Assembly (NCBI GenBank): GCA_030248215.1
Contig: JASANG010001881.1
Location: forward strand, 496,001 to 560,000
DNA length: 64,000 bases
Direction of reading: 5' to 3'
Source: Enoplolaimus lenunculus
Lineage: Eukaryota
Under the pieces are notes generated by a model that saw nothing but the letters and a program-made list of their open reading frames with translations, was not told the DNA's origin and made no database searches. Each line of letters starts with the position of its first letter. Position 1 is the stretch's first letter. A program made the translations under genes and the position numbers. This document shows, one piece after another, positions 25,997-37,747 of the stretch.

Positions 25997-26193
25997 TTAA
26001 AGCCATCAAATTACCTTCAGCCTCTTCTCTCGAGAAAGTTTGAAATCAGGTATATACCTCTCATCACTGCCGTGTATACGATCTTATCCCATGTTAAAGG
26101 TTTTACAAATATACGCACAATATACAGCGGCGGTCCTAGGAACATTCTCAAAAGTTGGCCATTTTGCTGAACCAAATTACGCGTTGTTTTTAC

Positions 26194-26458
26194 CTGATTG
26201 GGTACACAACAGCCGCCAGAGTATGGCTGGAGTATAAAAAAATGCCGCTTGGATGACAAATATGAATGGAACCCATTGATAATAGCCAATCTGGCGGATT
26301 TCTCGGTCTTCGATTCGCGACGGGATAAGCTCAGAAAACGGAAGCCAGTACGTGTTTTGGACCCAGCAATAGTTTTCAGTATACTGTTCCATCGCTTTAG
26401 TAAACTGGGCCGGTACCCAGCATTCAATCGGGTGACCAACGTATTGTTTGGCACTTAC
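26194..26458 (-). CDS. inx-18: Innexin exon (EL1 with two Cys, TM2)
   Basis: Acceptor tttttag|GTA AGT (phase 0). Encodes [38 protein letters not shown]...[11 protein letters not shown]...LWRLLCTQS. Donor G|gtaaaa is phase 1. Confidence 0.95.
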
Positions 26459-26492
26459 CTAAAAATATAATCATTCCAAGTATAGAGTGTGC

Positions 26493-27439
26493 GGCCAATG
26501 TATAAAACAGGGCCGGAACAGTAGTGTAAGCATAATCCTAATCCTAAGCCTAAGCCTAAGCCTAAGTCTAAGCCTCAACCTAAGCCTAATGCGGCGTTCA
26601 CGTTATAACTGGGGCAGCTTGGAACACGTTTTGTCCAAGTTGATTCGACGTCAACATAAAATTTTGTGATCCGAATAGCGGTTATGTAGGCAAAATGTGA
26701 ATGTCATATGACATTGGCTTACAAATCACTGATGTCAAGCGATCATCGTATACAAATAACCATTTGTCATATGATACTGCGGGACATTTATGCGAATATC
26801 ACATGATATTCCAAAATTTTACTAAATATCATATGATATTTATACAGGACAATGGAATTTGTGCACGCTAAATAAAACAGTAAAAAGTCGGATAATGCAG
26901 CGTTAAATGATTTCGCAAGTTGAATTAACTTCCACGTTTCTGTTTCTCGCTATGTTTTTCCCAAAATATATTCCTAAGTACAAATAATTCAAATTTGAAA
27001 TTTTAGTATCATATGACATTCCACAGGACAATCAAGCTAGTTTACCACAACTTTGCAGACATTTTCAAATATATCATATAATACTCGCAGACAATATTTG
27101 GAATATCATATGATATTGCAGTACAAACAGTGGATGTCACATCAGGATAGCAGACAATTCAAATTTTTTGAATCTCACAGCGAATAAACGGTCAGACAAA
27201 ATGTTACCAGCTATAGTCATAGGGACGAAACGTGTTCCAGGCTGCCCCAATTGTAACGTGAACCCCGCATAAGCCTAAGGCCTAAGGCCTAAGCCTAAGC
27301 CTTAGCCTAAACCTCAGCCTAAGCCTAAGGCTAAGCCTACGCTTAAGCCTAAGCCTAAGAAAAAAATTAGTCTAAAGCTTAAACTAACTGCATTACAGCC
27401 GCGCCGGAAAACGATCCGGCCCTGTTCTATACGTGGGCC
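26493..27439. mobile_element. Telomere-repeat MITE (family A) split by a nested element
   Basis: GGCCAATGTATAAAACAGGGCCGGA ... TCCGGCCCTGTTCTATACGTGGGCC. TSD gagtgtgc/aagtgtgc. (GCCTAA)n lies on both sides of the insert. Confidence 0.85.
26590..27269. mobile_element. PIF/Harbinger-like MITE (680 bp, TAA TSD) inserted in the telomeric array
   Basis: TAA|TGCGGCGTTCACGTTATAACTGGGGCAGCTTGGAACACGTTTTGTCC ... GGACGAAACGTGTTCCAGGCTGCCCCAATTGTAACGTGAACCCCGCA|TAA. Internal repeats of the palindrome ATATCATATGATAT. Confidence 0.85.
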
Positions 27440-27767
27440 AAGTGTGCTATGAACAACTAGACTGGAAATTTATGTACAGCCTTCTCGTACTCGGGCTCTA
27501 GCATCAAGCTCCTATGCAGTTGCTGAGTGGTTTTGATAACCGCTTGCCTTCCGACCAGACCGAGGTTGAAATAAGGTTTGAAAATAGATGTCTGATGCAT
27601 TAAATAGAAAATATTAATGCATAAAAATAAGAAGAACTGGTATGAACAATTTCAATATTTAAACTTTAAGGCCCGTACCAAACGCAGCAGCAAACTTAGG
27701 TGCATGGGCGTCTCCAAAGCAGAATCATAGGCCCAGCTTACGAAAATAGTAACTATATATAATACTA

Positions 27768-27852
27768 ATAATAATAATAACAATAATAATAATAAATATA
27801 ATAATAATTATAATAATAATTATAATAATAATTACAATAATAATAATAATAA
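27768..27852. repeat. (TAA)n microsatellite
   Basis: Imperfect taataataa run. Confidence 0.9.
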
Positions 27853-28294
27853 ACCAGTGTGAACGTGTGTTTGTGAACCAGGATGACAATAAAGTTTCGA
27901 ATTCGGTTTGAGATTCGGTAAAAATTGTAGATTCGGACTTGAATTCCGTTTTGACAACGAGTCCAAGTTTGACAACGTTTGCACCAGTTGTGTTTTTGGA
28001 ATTGAAATTTACAACAGACTGAATCATTTTTCGAAAACTTTTAGCATAAACTTGCGGTTCAAACTAAATGTCCATGTTTTAATCACTTCTGGTACTGAAA
28101 TTTCAAAATTAATATTTTTTCGTTCGTGAAGCCGACTGGTCAATCGGATACAGTGTCATTTTTATACATAATTTATTTAACATCAATGTTAACGTTCAGA
28201 ATCAGATTTGGGAAAATGGCAACGGTTTTTAGATTCGTAATCGCCCCTAATCATGGATTCGGTGCTACCCTGGTGCGAGCCTTGTTCTTGTGAG

Positions 28295-28454
28295 AGCTTT
28301 AATTCTGATTGGTTTAGAAAACGAAGAGCTCAAATTCTGATTGTTTTAGAAAACGAAAAGCTTCAATTCTGATTGGTTTAGAAAACGACGAGCTTTAATT
28401 CTGATTGGTTTAAAAAACGAAGAACTTTAATTCTGATTGGTTTAAAAAACGACG
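28295..28454. repeat. 32-bp minisatellite, 5 copies, abutting the innexin 5' splice site
   Basis: Unit AGCTTTAATTCTGATTGGTTTAGAAAACGAAG. The last copy ends in position +6 of the donor GTAAGC. Confidence 0.9.
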
Positions 28455-28459
28455 CTTAC

Positions 28460-28686
28460 CAAAATAGCAAATATTATAATTACACTTGGTGTGTAATAGT
28501 AATTAAGTCGATCAATGAGATCATCGTCGATTCGCGGCTCAAGACTGCGCAGCGCCGCTGTTAAATAATGCATATTTATAAATGAAGGTAAATACGTTCC
28601 ACGATGAATGTGCGCTGCTTTTGATAAATGACGAGTTGCCGCCGATGAAGAAGATACCGGAATCCAATTGACTTCGGCATCGTACG
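28460..28686 (-). CDS. inx-18: Innexin exon containing the family-typical start Met (28573) and TM1
   Basis: Acceptor ttttttcag| at 28687. The frame is open through AYDAEVNW...INMHYLTAALRSLEPRIDDDLIDRLNYYYTPSVIIIFAIL. Donor TTG|gtaagc is phase 0. Coding status of 28686-28574 depends on the upstream exon. Confidence 0.9.
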
Positions 28687-29542
28687 CTGAAAAAAGTTTA
28701 CACATACACTACGCCAAGCAAAAAATTAGTCTAAAGCTTAAGCTTACTCTTTTCTTAAGGCCAATCAAATGCGAAAATTTCGGCACAATTTTGCACTGTT
28801 TCATGTACTGATTCGACAGTTCTACAAGACCTATCAATTGATGATATGTGCCACACATATTTGACAATACAGGCCCAGGAGGTTTTAAAATTTACAGGAA
28901 GTGGATGTAGATTTAGACCGTATCGTAGGTTGTAAAATATTGAAAATATGGGACGGAACAAATCCGGGTAAACAGGACCTCAGTCCCTAGAAAACTCATA
29001 GTGAATAGAGAATTGTATAATTCGCACTAAGGTGGCTATACGCAAACGTAAGTTGAGGGAATCAATGGCATGTAAATAATAAGTACTAGTACACGTAGTT
29101 GCACACATGTGCAGCTGGACTAACGCTTCTCAGACCGTAAGCGAAATTATTGCCTCGGCTCCTCCTGTTTAAGTGAACAGAATAAAGTTTGTAAAATATC
29201 AAACAATAGATATCTCAATGCATACAAACTTAATTTGCACACGTAAACAAAAATCTGTTGGAATGCTGCCCAAAATACGAATGTGGGGCGTGCCAGCTAT
29301 ATATATTTGATGTTTTTGGATAATATTTCGATCCCAACGTGACTTTAAAAACCAATTTTTAAATATATTTAATTTTGGGTATGCAATGTACAGAAGAGGT
29401 CATGAGACGTTCGAATGTGAAAAACCGTTTCAAAATCGAATAATTTATGGGCCAACAACAGCCCGGGGAAGGTGATAACGAAAAACATTCGACTTTCCTT
29501 GCGCTAAAATGATTTTTCCTAAAAATGGTAATTACAAGTTAC

Positions 29543-29738
29543 GGCTTGTGTAAAGATCAGGGGCGGAACGTTTTTCTGTCGGACTGCAATAGAGTAAGCT
29601 TAAGTTTTAAGCGATTTTTTGGCTTAGGCTTAGGCTTAGGAATATGCTCGTTCTTACGCCTAGATTCAGGCTTAGGCTTAGGCTTAGGCTTACGAATATG
29701 CCAATAATACTGTTCCGCCCCTGTTCTTTACATTGACC
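29543..29738. mobile_element. Telomere-repeat MITE (family A)
   Basis: GGCTTGTGTAAAGATCAGGGGCGGAAC ... GTTCCGCCCCTGTTCTTTACATTGACC. TSD caagttac/caatttac. Confidence 0.85.
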
Positions 29739-30419
29739 CAATTTACAAAGTTAAAACGAGTTTTTCCGCACTGTCATTATCAGTAAAATTCACTTCGAAA
29801 TGCGGACAATGTTTCAAGACAACAGGGCAGCTTGCGACAGTGTAAATTGGATTTTATTGGAGACGAAAAGCAAACTTGGTCTGCCTTGTTTTGTAATATT
29901 ACAGTGACACTGTACGTTTGATGACATCCGGCGACACCGGCCGGCATCCTATACCACAACGCTCGAGTACTACCGTATGGTATATTAGATCAATTTGTAA
30001 GCTAAATTTTTTGATTGTCCTCTGTTATAGCGATTTTTTAGTGTTTTCTGTTTAATTTTCGTTGGTACTGATGTTTGTGCTGTCTTGAATAGCAATTGGC
30101 GTTTGCAATGATGTTAATGCTTATACCCCAACTGGGACAAATGGCTGTTTAAACTATTTGAAATAGTTTCCTTTACTTCGTTCTTCTTCACGCTCAGATG
30201 ACGACGAAGTATAATGTATTGCACCTTTGAATGCAGGACCCTCGTGACGTTGGTGCCACACACTGTGTTTGAGTATACGCATTAAACAAACACATATAAC
30301 AACATTTCTCGTCCGGCTGTAATGATTTTACTAAATTTTCTTTATTTGGTTTATAAAAATAATAAACTATTTTGACTTTTGCTCCGTTTTAAAAGTTCTA
30401 AAAATTATAAAAACGACTT

Positions 30420-30596
30420 GGCCCATTTAAAGAACAAGAGCGGAACTGTATGAATATAAGCATATTCCTAAGCTGAAACCTAAGCCTATGCGTAAGAATG
30501 CGCCAAGCAATAAAGTTAGTCTAATTGTCTAAAGATTAAGCTTATCCTATTGCAGTCCCACAGAAAAACGTTCCGCCGCCGATCTTTACATGGGCC
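30420..30596. mobile_element. Telomere-repeat MITE (family A)
   Basis: GGCCCATTTAAAGAAC ... GATCTTTACATGGGCC. Confidence 0.75.
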
Positions 30597-31165
30597 CTAA
30601 AAAGTAAACATTTTAAAAATATGTTTTTCATGTTTGTTTTTTGAAAAATAACTCAACATCCGTCAGCTGTGAAGTATAAAACCGGAAGTTGAAATAAATT
30701 TATTTCGTAAACTTTCAACTTTTATAACACGTAAATACCCAGTTGTGCCTTGTGATGGATCTGGTACTTTGGGGCTATTTATAGCAATTGCTTTCGTTTT
30801 CTGTTCCGGAATCAGTAAATTTTTATGTCAAACCAGAAAAATCTCATCTCTTATATATAAGGAAACTAAACGTGCCCTTAAAATCTGCGCTGTCCGACTT
30901 CTGGTCCTCGAATAGTTTCTCATAATATAGACTGGATTGAAACATGTGACGTAAAAACAATATTTGGCACTTTGTTTAATTATGTGCCCACCAGCTGGCG
31001 TTTGGCCAAAACGGTCGGATTTTGAAAATTTTCTCACACTTCTATTAACATTTACATAAAATCTCCCATGATCATTTTACGGTAATTTGTATTTTTGAAA
31101 AATTCGATTTATTGAAACATTTCTTCTTTGGAATTGAAAATTTTTTCTAAAAAGTTTTTAATAGT

Positions 31166-31420
31166 CTCTTTCTCACATAAATATTTTCAATTTCAAATGA
31201 GACGTAATTTCAAGGTTGGTTTCGAACCCCTGTCTCACGGGCGGGAGGCGTTTACGATGACCACTGAGCTATAGGTGCTTGATGCTCGAGCCCGAGAGGG
31301 CTCTCACGTCTTGTTGGGATATTGCACTCCGCATATATGGTATAATTGTTAAACACTGCTCACAGTGTATATTTTGCTCTTATATTTAGTTGCTCATAGT
31401 ATACTCTATGAGCGAGAGGG
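31166..31420. mobile_element. Diverged piggyBac-type tRNA-cassette MITE. A shorter derivative follows at 31465-31562.
   Basis: CTCTTTCTCACAT ... GAGCGAGAGGG|TTAA. Minus strand reads TAGCTCAGTGG ... CGCCTCCCGC ... GGTTCGAAACC. Confidence 0.7.
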
Positions 31421-31948
31421 TTAAATTAATAGTAAGTAAGGTAAATTTATAACACAGTTATTATCCCTTTCTCACATGAATATTTTCAATTTCATATGAG
31501 ATGCACTTTCAAGGTATTAAGACTCGATCCCCAGTCTCTCGTGTGGGAGGCATTTTAAAGGGTTAAGGAACAAACTGAAGCGTAAAAAGCAAAACTTCTA
31601 GGTGACCAGTTTTGTGGCATCATTTGTTTTCTGTTATCAAGGAAGATAATTTACCTACAGCTAGTATTTCTTAACATTAGGAATTAAAATGTACTAATTT
31701 TACAAAATACTGTATTAACCAGAATAAGAGAGGGTCCTCATTTTGAATCCCAATCAGTGGGGGTTTGCATCCGTAATAAGAGTCCGTAAGCGGATAGAGT
31801 CTTTAAACCCTAAATTAGAGTCCTTAAATGTCAGTAAACACTAATTGCAGCGCATAAGTGATTCCAGGAGGACCAAATAAAGTTGATTTTGAAACTTGAT
31901 GCATACTCAGTTTTGAAGGTGCATCCCTACGTATAAACATGCATAGCC

Positions 31949-32008
31949 AAACAAAAAAATAAAAAAAAAAAAGGAGAAAAAAAACAAAAAAAAAAAAAAA
32001 AAACCAAA

Positions 32009-32065
<57 letters not shown>
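31949..32065. repeat. Long poly(A) tract (~117 nt, last ~56 nt pure A)
   Basis: Read directly from the sequence. Confidence 0.95.
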
Positions 32066-32067
<2 letters not shown>

Positions 32068-32307
32068 CGGATGCTTTTATTGCTTTTATTGCGATCCGTT
32101 TTTTAATTTTACACAAAATGTTAACAAGGACGTTGCCAAAGAAGGATCGTTGTTTGGACATCTTGAGCTTTACACCGGATTGACCAACAAATGTTTTGTG
32201 ACAGCATCCAAAGGATGAAATAGTGAAACTGTGTCTATGGTTTATATTTTCAAATGCATATAACATTTATCACCAGTTAGTAATAGGTTTTCAAACTAAC
32301 CAACTGC

Positions 32308-32557
32308 TCTACAAATTCCAATGAGATAATTAATCAACTCAGAGAGTGAATTAGTTATTTCTGGTTATTTCTGAGTTAATGACAGTAAATGTTAACTCAC
32401 CGTGAGCCGATATAATTCTGGGTTAGTTGACTAATTAACTCAGAATCGGTCCGGACAGTTCAGATCTCTGAGTTCTGGAAGACCAAACTCAAAGCTCAGA
32501 CAATTGAGTGGATTCAACTCATTCTGAGTTAAAATCAACTCACTGGAATTTACAGTG
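32308..32557. mobile_element. CACTG-terminated MITE family copy
   Basis: ...AAATTCCAATGAG ... CTCACTGGAATTTACAGTG. Confidence 0.7.
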
Positions 32558-33621
32558 TGCTGCAATTGCAGAATATACGAATGTGCTAAATTTCAAACCT
32601 TATCATTCGCTCGTTTGAAAATTACAAGACTTATCACCAACTGATAATAAGATGCTACACACACTTAAGAATACGGCTTTAGATACCTTGCTTGCTTCGC
32701 TCGCGATTTCTCACAACCTTTGCTATAATTCCTGGCTTACTGGGCCCCTCGCAATAAAAACATCCGCATTTTTTACCTAAAAGTGGCTCAAAATTGGGTT
32801 TGAAAGGTTTTCTGTTAACGTCCTGAACCGCTTCATTTTAACACAATTTATAATCTTTTAATATCGGCCCTATTTCAGTATGATTGGTACGAAATAAATC
32901 GCCAAAAAACCGTTGGGTAATTTAGGATCTTGGATACATTTGGTAACGCACCAAACCGGCATGGGGATGTCACTTTCCTGCATACGCCTAAGACCCTCCC
33001 AACATTTTTTGGCATAGATTTAACAAAATATAAAACTGTGATGCCCCCTCTGAATTTGACAAACGTTCCTGTTTTGATAGCAATTTTAAGCTGTTACCAT
33101 AAATTATTAATAACCGAATACAATACGTGGTTACAGCTGTTTAAATTTAAAAAAATTAAACTAAAATTTGCCTCAAAACTTGTAAAATAATGGTGTAATT
33201 TTTGATAATTTAATTCTTTCACAATGTCTAAAGTTTCGCAGCTCATTTGAGAATCAGCTTAAAGTTTTGCCTCGTTTAAACGGACTTTTCAGGTGGGATC
33301 AATGCTAATGTATATAGTCAGTCTTTGGGTTGTGCTATATATTTATGAGCGGTGCAACGCATTGCGGCCGTTCGCGGCACTGATTATTGCCGAGCATCAC
33401 CGGATGTTGCCGTTAGCTGCCGCCCTACGACGCGAGGCGGCGTCCTGCGAGTACAGCGTAAGGTGCTCGAGCCACTCACATTCGCAGATGGATCGGCATC
33501 TGAATGGTTAAAAAATCCATAATAAAACACTCAGTGCATTAAAAACATATATAACAGGGCTGCAGCAGCTGCATAAACACATTCCTAGGCTTAAGTTTAA
33601 TTGTGAGCGTTAGAGTTTAGC

Positions 33622-33912
33622 GGTCAATGTAAAGAACTGGGCGAAACAGTATTATAACTTTATTCCTAAGCCTAAGCCTAAACCTAAGCGTATGACAGAG
33701 TTTATTCCAAAGCCTAAGCCTAAGCGAAGTAAAAAATTAGTCTAAAGCTTAAGCTTATTCTATTCTTGTCCCACTGAAACACGCTCCGCCTCTGATCTTT
33801 ACATAGACCTACGCCTAAGTCCAAGTCTAAGCAAAATAACTGTCTAAAGCTTAAGCCAACTCTACAGCAGTCCCGCAGAAAAACGTTCCATCCCTGATCT
33901 TTATAGGAGGTC
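33622..33912. mobile_element. Telomere-repeat MITE (family A) with a tandemly duplicated end
   Basis: GGTCAATGTAAAGAAC ... GATCTTTACATAGACC (33809), then a second copy of the terminal ~100 bp. Confidence 0.7.
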
Positions 33913-35189
33913 AAAAATATGAGACCTGCAACCGCATTATTAAATATGGGGAGGGTAATTTTGAATCAACCCATGGCTGATTCAAAGTTTACTAATTTTT
34001 TTGCATTAAATACACCCTGATTCTTTTCAAATTGAAACAAAAATATAATCAAAGATGCTTAACCCATGACCCCACAAATAAGTTCAACGAACATTCGATT
34101 TCGCAACTGAAATTCATTCCACCAGTGTGATTGTGAACCGACTTGACAACAAATAAAAGTGACATTTTCAACACCAGCAACCCAGCCAAGCAAATCTGTC
34201 CGAGTCTAATGCGTCAGTTATGAAAAGTAAACACACCCAGCTGTTATAATGTGAAAAGGTTACCATTTTCAGCGAAGCGTGAGAAATTCTTCAACTGAAC
34301 TGTATGATTTTTTCAAACATCGGTGGAATCCATCAACCCATCCACTTACCAGCTCAAAATGACACAAATGGAGAGTCAAAAATGATCCTAGGAAGGGTAT
34401 ACGAGACATTTACAGGACCTACAAGCGGTGCTAAAAATGTTTCTGGTGGCCAAACATTTTTCTTGCTGATGTGTTAAGCTCTCATGGTTCTCCTTTTGCC
34501 ACAAGCCGACCAGGTGCGTTTGCAATTTAAAGCTGTTGAAAGCTACGGTGACAGAATTTCAACAAGTAAAATAGCAATATTCTACTGGATTCTACCCAAA
34601 GAATGCCGTCGGAAGAGGCTATGCCGGGTTACGCATCGTCTCTAAACATATTTTCGCCCCTTACGATATTAAATTACAACAATATTGCAGTTGAAAAGTA
34701 TTTTAAATAAGGAAAATCTTACTATGCTTCATAATGTGAAAAAACCGGCTGACTCTGAAAAATTTTTTAGCCCCATCTTAATTCCGGTTTGGCCTGGACC
34801 TATTTTGCCCACGTTTTCCCTGTATTTTGATTGACAGTTGCTTGCTGAAAACTGTGTAAAAGCCACTTATATCTTTTTAAACGCGTAATTTGAAAAAAAA
34901 AACAATTTTTGGACAGCTGATGATAGTTCTTGGTGTTTTCGTGTAGGAAACGTATTGCCCATGTTAAGGGCATTTCTTCCCAGTCGCAGACATGTGGACT
35001 GGGGAAATTCGTGTCTTGGAAGATTAGACTTAGTGTTACGCTTGAGATTAGGAATAAAGGTTAAGGCCTTCGGCTTAGGCTTCAGTTTAGGCTTAGTAAG
35101 CACTAGTAAGCAGGCCTCTTGTTTATAATTAGCATTGTTCAAACATACAATATTAATAATAACAAGATTATTCATTTTATAAATGCATG

Positions 35190-35373
35190 GGCCAATGTTT
35201 ACTTTTAGGGCCGTAACAGTAGATTAAGCGTATTCCTAAGCCTAAACCTAAGCGTAAACGTTGCAAAAGCGTATTCCTAAGCCTAAGCTTAAGCAAAAAA
35301 TGTAGTGTAGAACGTAAGTCGACTTTTTTACACACCACCACAAATCGGGACGGCCCTAAACGTAACAGGGGCC
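35190..35373. mobile_element. Telomere-repeat MITE (subfamily B)
   Basis: GGCCAATGTTTACTTTTAGGGCCG ... CGGCCCTAAACGTAACAGGGGCC. Reverse-complement match to 13642-13831. Confidence 0.8.
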
Positions 35374-35379
35374 AATGCA

Positions 35380-35548
35380 CAATGGCGGATCCATGGGGGG
35401 CACCCCGGCCGTGGCCCCCCCAACAGCGTCTCGAAAAAATTATATATCAATTTTGTGACAATAGTTCGTGGTTTGAGTCTGGGTCAAAAGTAAGTTTATT
35501 ACATGTGAAATTTTGGCCCCCCATTTTGAGATCCTGGATCCGCCACTG
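35380..35548. mobile_element. hAT-like MITE (CAGTGGCGGATCC family)
   Basis: CAATGGCGGATCCA ... TGGATCCGCCACTG. Homologous to the ends of 13000-13387. Confidence 0.75.
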
Positions 35549-37012
35549 CCATGCACGAGTGTGGAGAATAAATTCAGCCAATCACACTCACAGCTCTGCA
35601 ACAACGAAAATGTTGTTTGGCGAAAAAATATTTCATTGGCTTATGCAATTGAGAACTCTGAGCACAATTATGGCTTTGAAAGGCACAAAAACCACGGTCT
35701 AATTTATGTTTTTACCCATCAATGCTCACCTGTTGCGGTTTTTGTTCAACTCTGAACCTTGCAATCAAAGCTCGCATGGTTACTGCAGCTTAAACTTGCC
35801 ACATTTGACCCGGGTTTCAGCTTACATAAATTATTGTCGAACCTCACCGGTGATCATTTATCATTAACTGGTTCGAGGGTAAACGTTGTAACTTAAATTT
35901 ATCTTTCAACTCAAGTTTGAATTTCAAATGGGTTTTAAAAATTTGAACTGATGGTTAAAGTATTTAAGTCGATGTTTGAATGCGGAATTCAACGAACTTT
36001 TTCCGATCTGTACCCAAGAGTGATCTTAGGTATTACACTCTCGTGCAATGAGTATACTATGAGCAACTAATTACAAACTGTGTTTATACGTGCAATGAAT
36101 GCACAGTGCAGAGAGTTTGACAATTGAAACCCATGTGTACAGCTTAGAGCCTTCACAAGACGTGAAAGTATCCTTGGGCGCGACATTCATGTCCTATTCA
36201 GACGTGCAAGTTTTTACTACGAGAACTTGCAGCTGCAAACTGCACGCAGAACTTGCATTTTTTCATCAGCCAATGAGAAAGCGGCTGTATAAATTTATTA
36301 AACTTACTTGGTTGTTCACACATTTGAACTCTGTTCCTAGCTTTGATTTTTAATGAATTATTTTCGAACGGGATTTTGAACAAAACTTGGAAGTGCAAAT
36401 TGCAGCTTCAAGTTCTCGCAGCAAAAACTTGCACGTGTGAATATGGCTTCATGCTCTAATAGTGGCAAGGGCTGAGCTGAGGGATGCTGCTCATTTTTCG
36501 GATCCTCGTAACCCTCTGTGTGACGCGACCACCTGATAGACCTACCCCAGTCACGGCCTAGCGGGATGTACCGTGTTCGATCGATTTTTACTCGCATAAG
36601 CAGAAAGTTGCCGAGGGTAGGCGGCACCCATAACTTTCTGACTTATAATTGTGAGGAAAGAATTGTTGAAATTTAGTAAAAACTAAACATAAAACCAAAC
36701 GATTTAACAACATATTGCGTATATTTGCTAAATTAACATTTCAAACATCATTTTAACTACATAATTTTACCTTAACTCCGGCTCCGGCATGTTTTGTTGG
36801 CCTCCAGCTCCGGCTCCTATGTTTTCCCCCTCCGGTTGCACCCTGATAGACCCGTAGCTAAAGTGGCATAAATCATAGCCCTAGTTGAAAAACTTTATCT
36901 CTTTCAAAACGGTGAGATCGCTTGCAAACTAATTTAGTCCCGGCACACACTTTTGAAATTAAATTGGTTCTATCTGACATGTTCGGCTGACCATAACCCT
37001 ATATCAACATAT

Positions 37013-37087
37013 CAGGGTACAACCGGATACCAAAAACTGACATAGCCGAAGCCGGAGACGAATAATCTAATATCCGGTTGCACCCTG
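37013..37087. mobile_element. 75-bp minimal hAT-like MITE
   Basis: CAGGGTACAACCGGATA ... TATCCGGTTGCACCCTG. TSD caacatat/ctacatat. Confidence 0.75.
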
Positions 37088-37418
37088 CTACATATACATA
37101 CTAAAACTACAATAGCTGTCATTTTGAAAAATTTAGCTGTTAGTTTCAAAAGTTATATAAGCATTTTAACCCAAACTGATTGATAGATGCTACACACATT
37201 CGAGAACTTGAGCGGCCCAATTTGCCAAACCTGCTGATGACAAATAACTTTGAGCAAACAGCAAACTATTTTTTGCTCAAACCATTCTGAGCAATAATTA
37301 TTAATTAACAGGACACAACAAATCGTCAGCTGATTTTAAAACTAATTAAAGTTTGAAATTAGCGTTTTGTTTGAACTGTAGTAATTTGTCATCTAACACA
37401 GGTATAATACATAAACGG

Positions 37419-37747
37419 CAGGGTGCAACCGGAGGTGAAAAATACCAGAGCCGGAGCCGGAGGTCAACGAAACTTGCCTGGTTAATTGGTTAATTTTAGC
37501 CAATATCTGCAATATGTTGTTAAGTTGTTTGGTTTACGTTAATTTTCTGGGAAATTTCGGAAATTCCTTCTGAAAAAGGTGACAAAAGTAAAGCGAAACA
37601 CACTAAACAGATAAATTTTGCTAAATTCTGCAAAAATTTTACTACCGAAATTGCCGGAACCTCCGGCAAAAATTCTACCGGAGCCGCAGCCGGAGGCCGA
37701 TTTTCAGCCGGAGTTGTAACCGGAGGCAGACCTCCGGTTGTACCCTG
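37419..37747. mobile_element. hAT-like MITE with perfect 8-bp TSD
   Basis: ATAAACGG|CAGGGTGCAACCGGAGG ... CCTCCGGTTGTACCCTG|ATAAACGG. Confidence 0.9.

Noticed and set aside
26530..27360. True chromosome end or telomere fusion
   Set aside because: The arrays are short, enclosed by TIRs and a TSD, and lie inside an intron of an intact gene.
27725..28027. Poly-Ile membrane-protein ORF
   Set aside because: Product of the (TAA)n microsatellite.
31907..32266. Poly-Phe ORF
   Set aside because: Product of the poly(A) tract.
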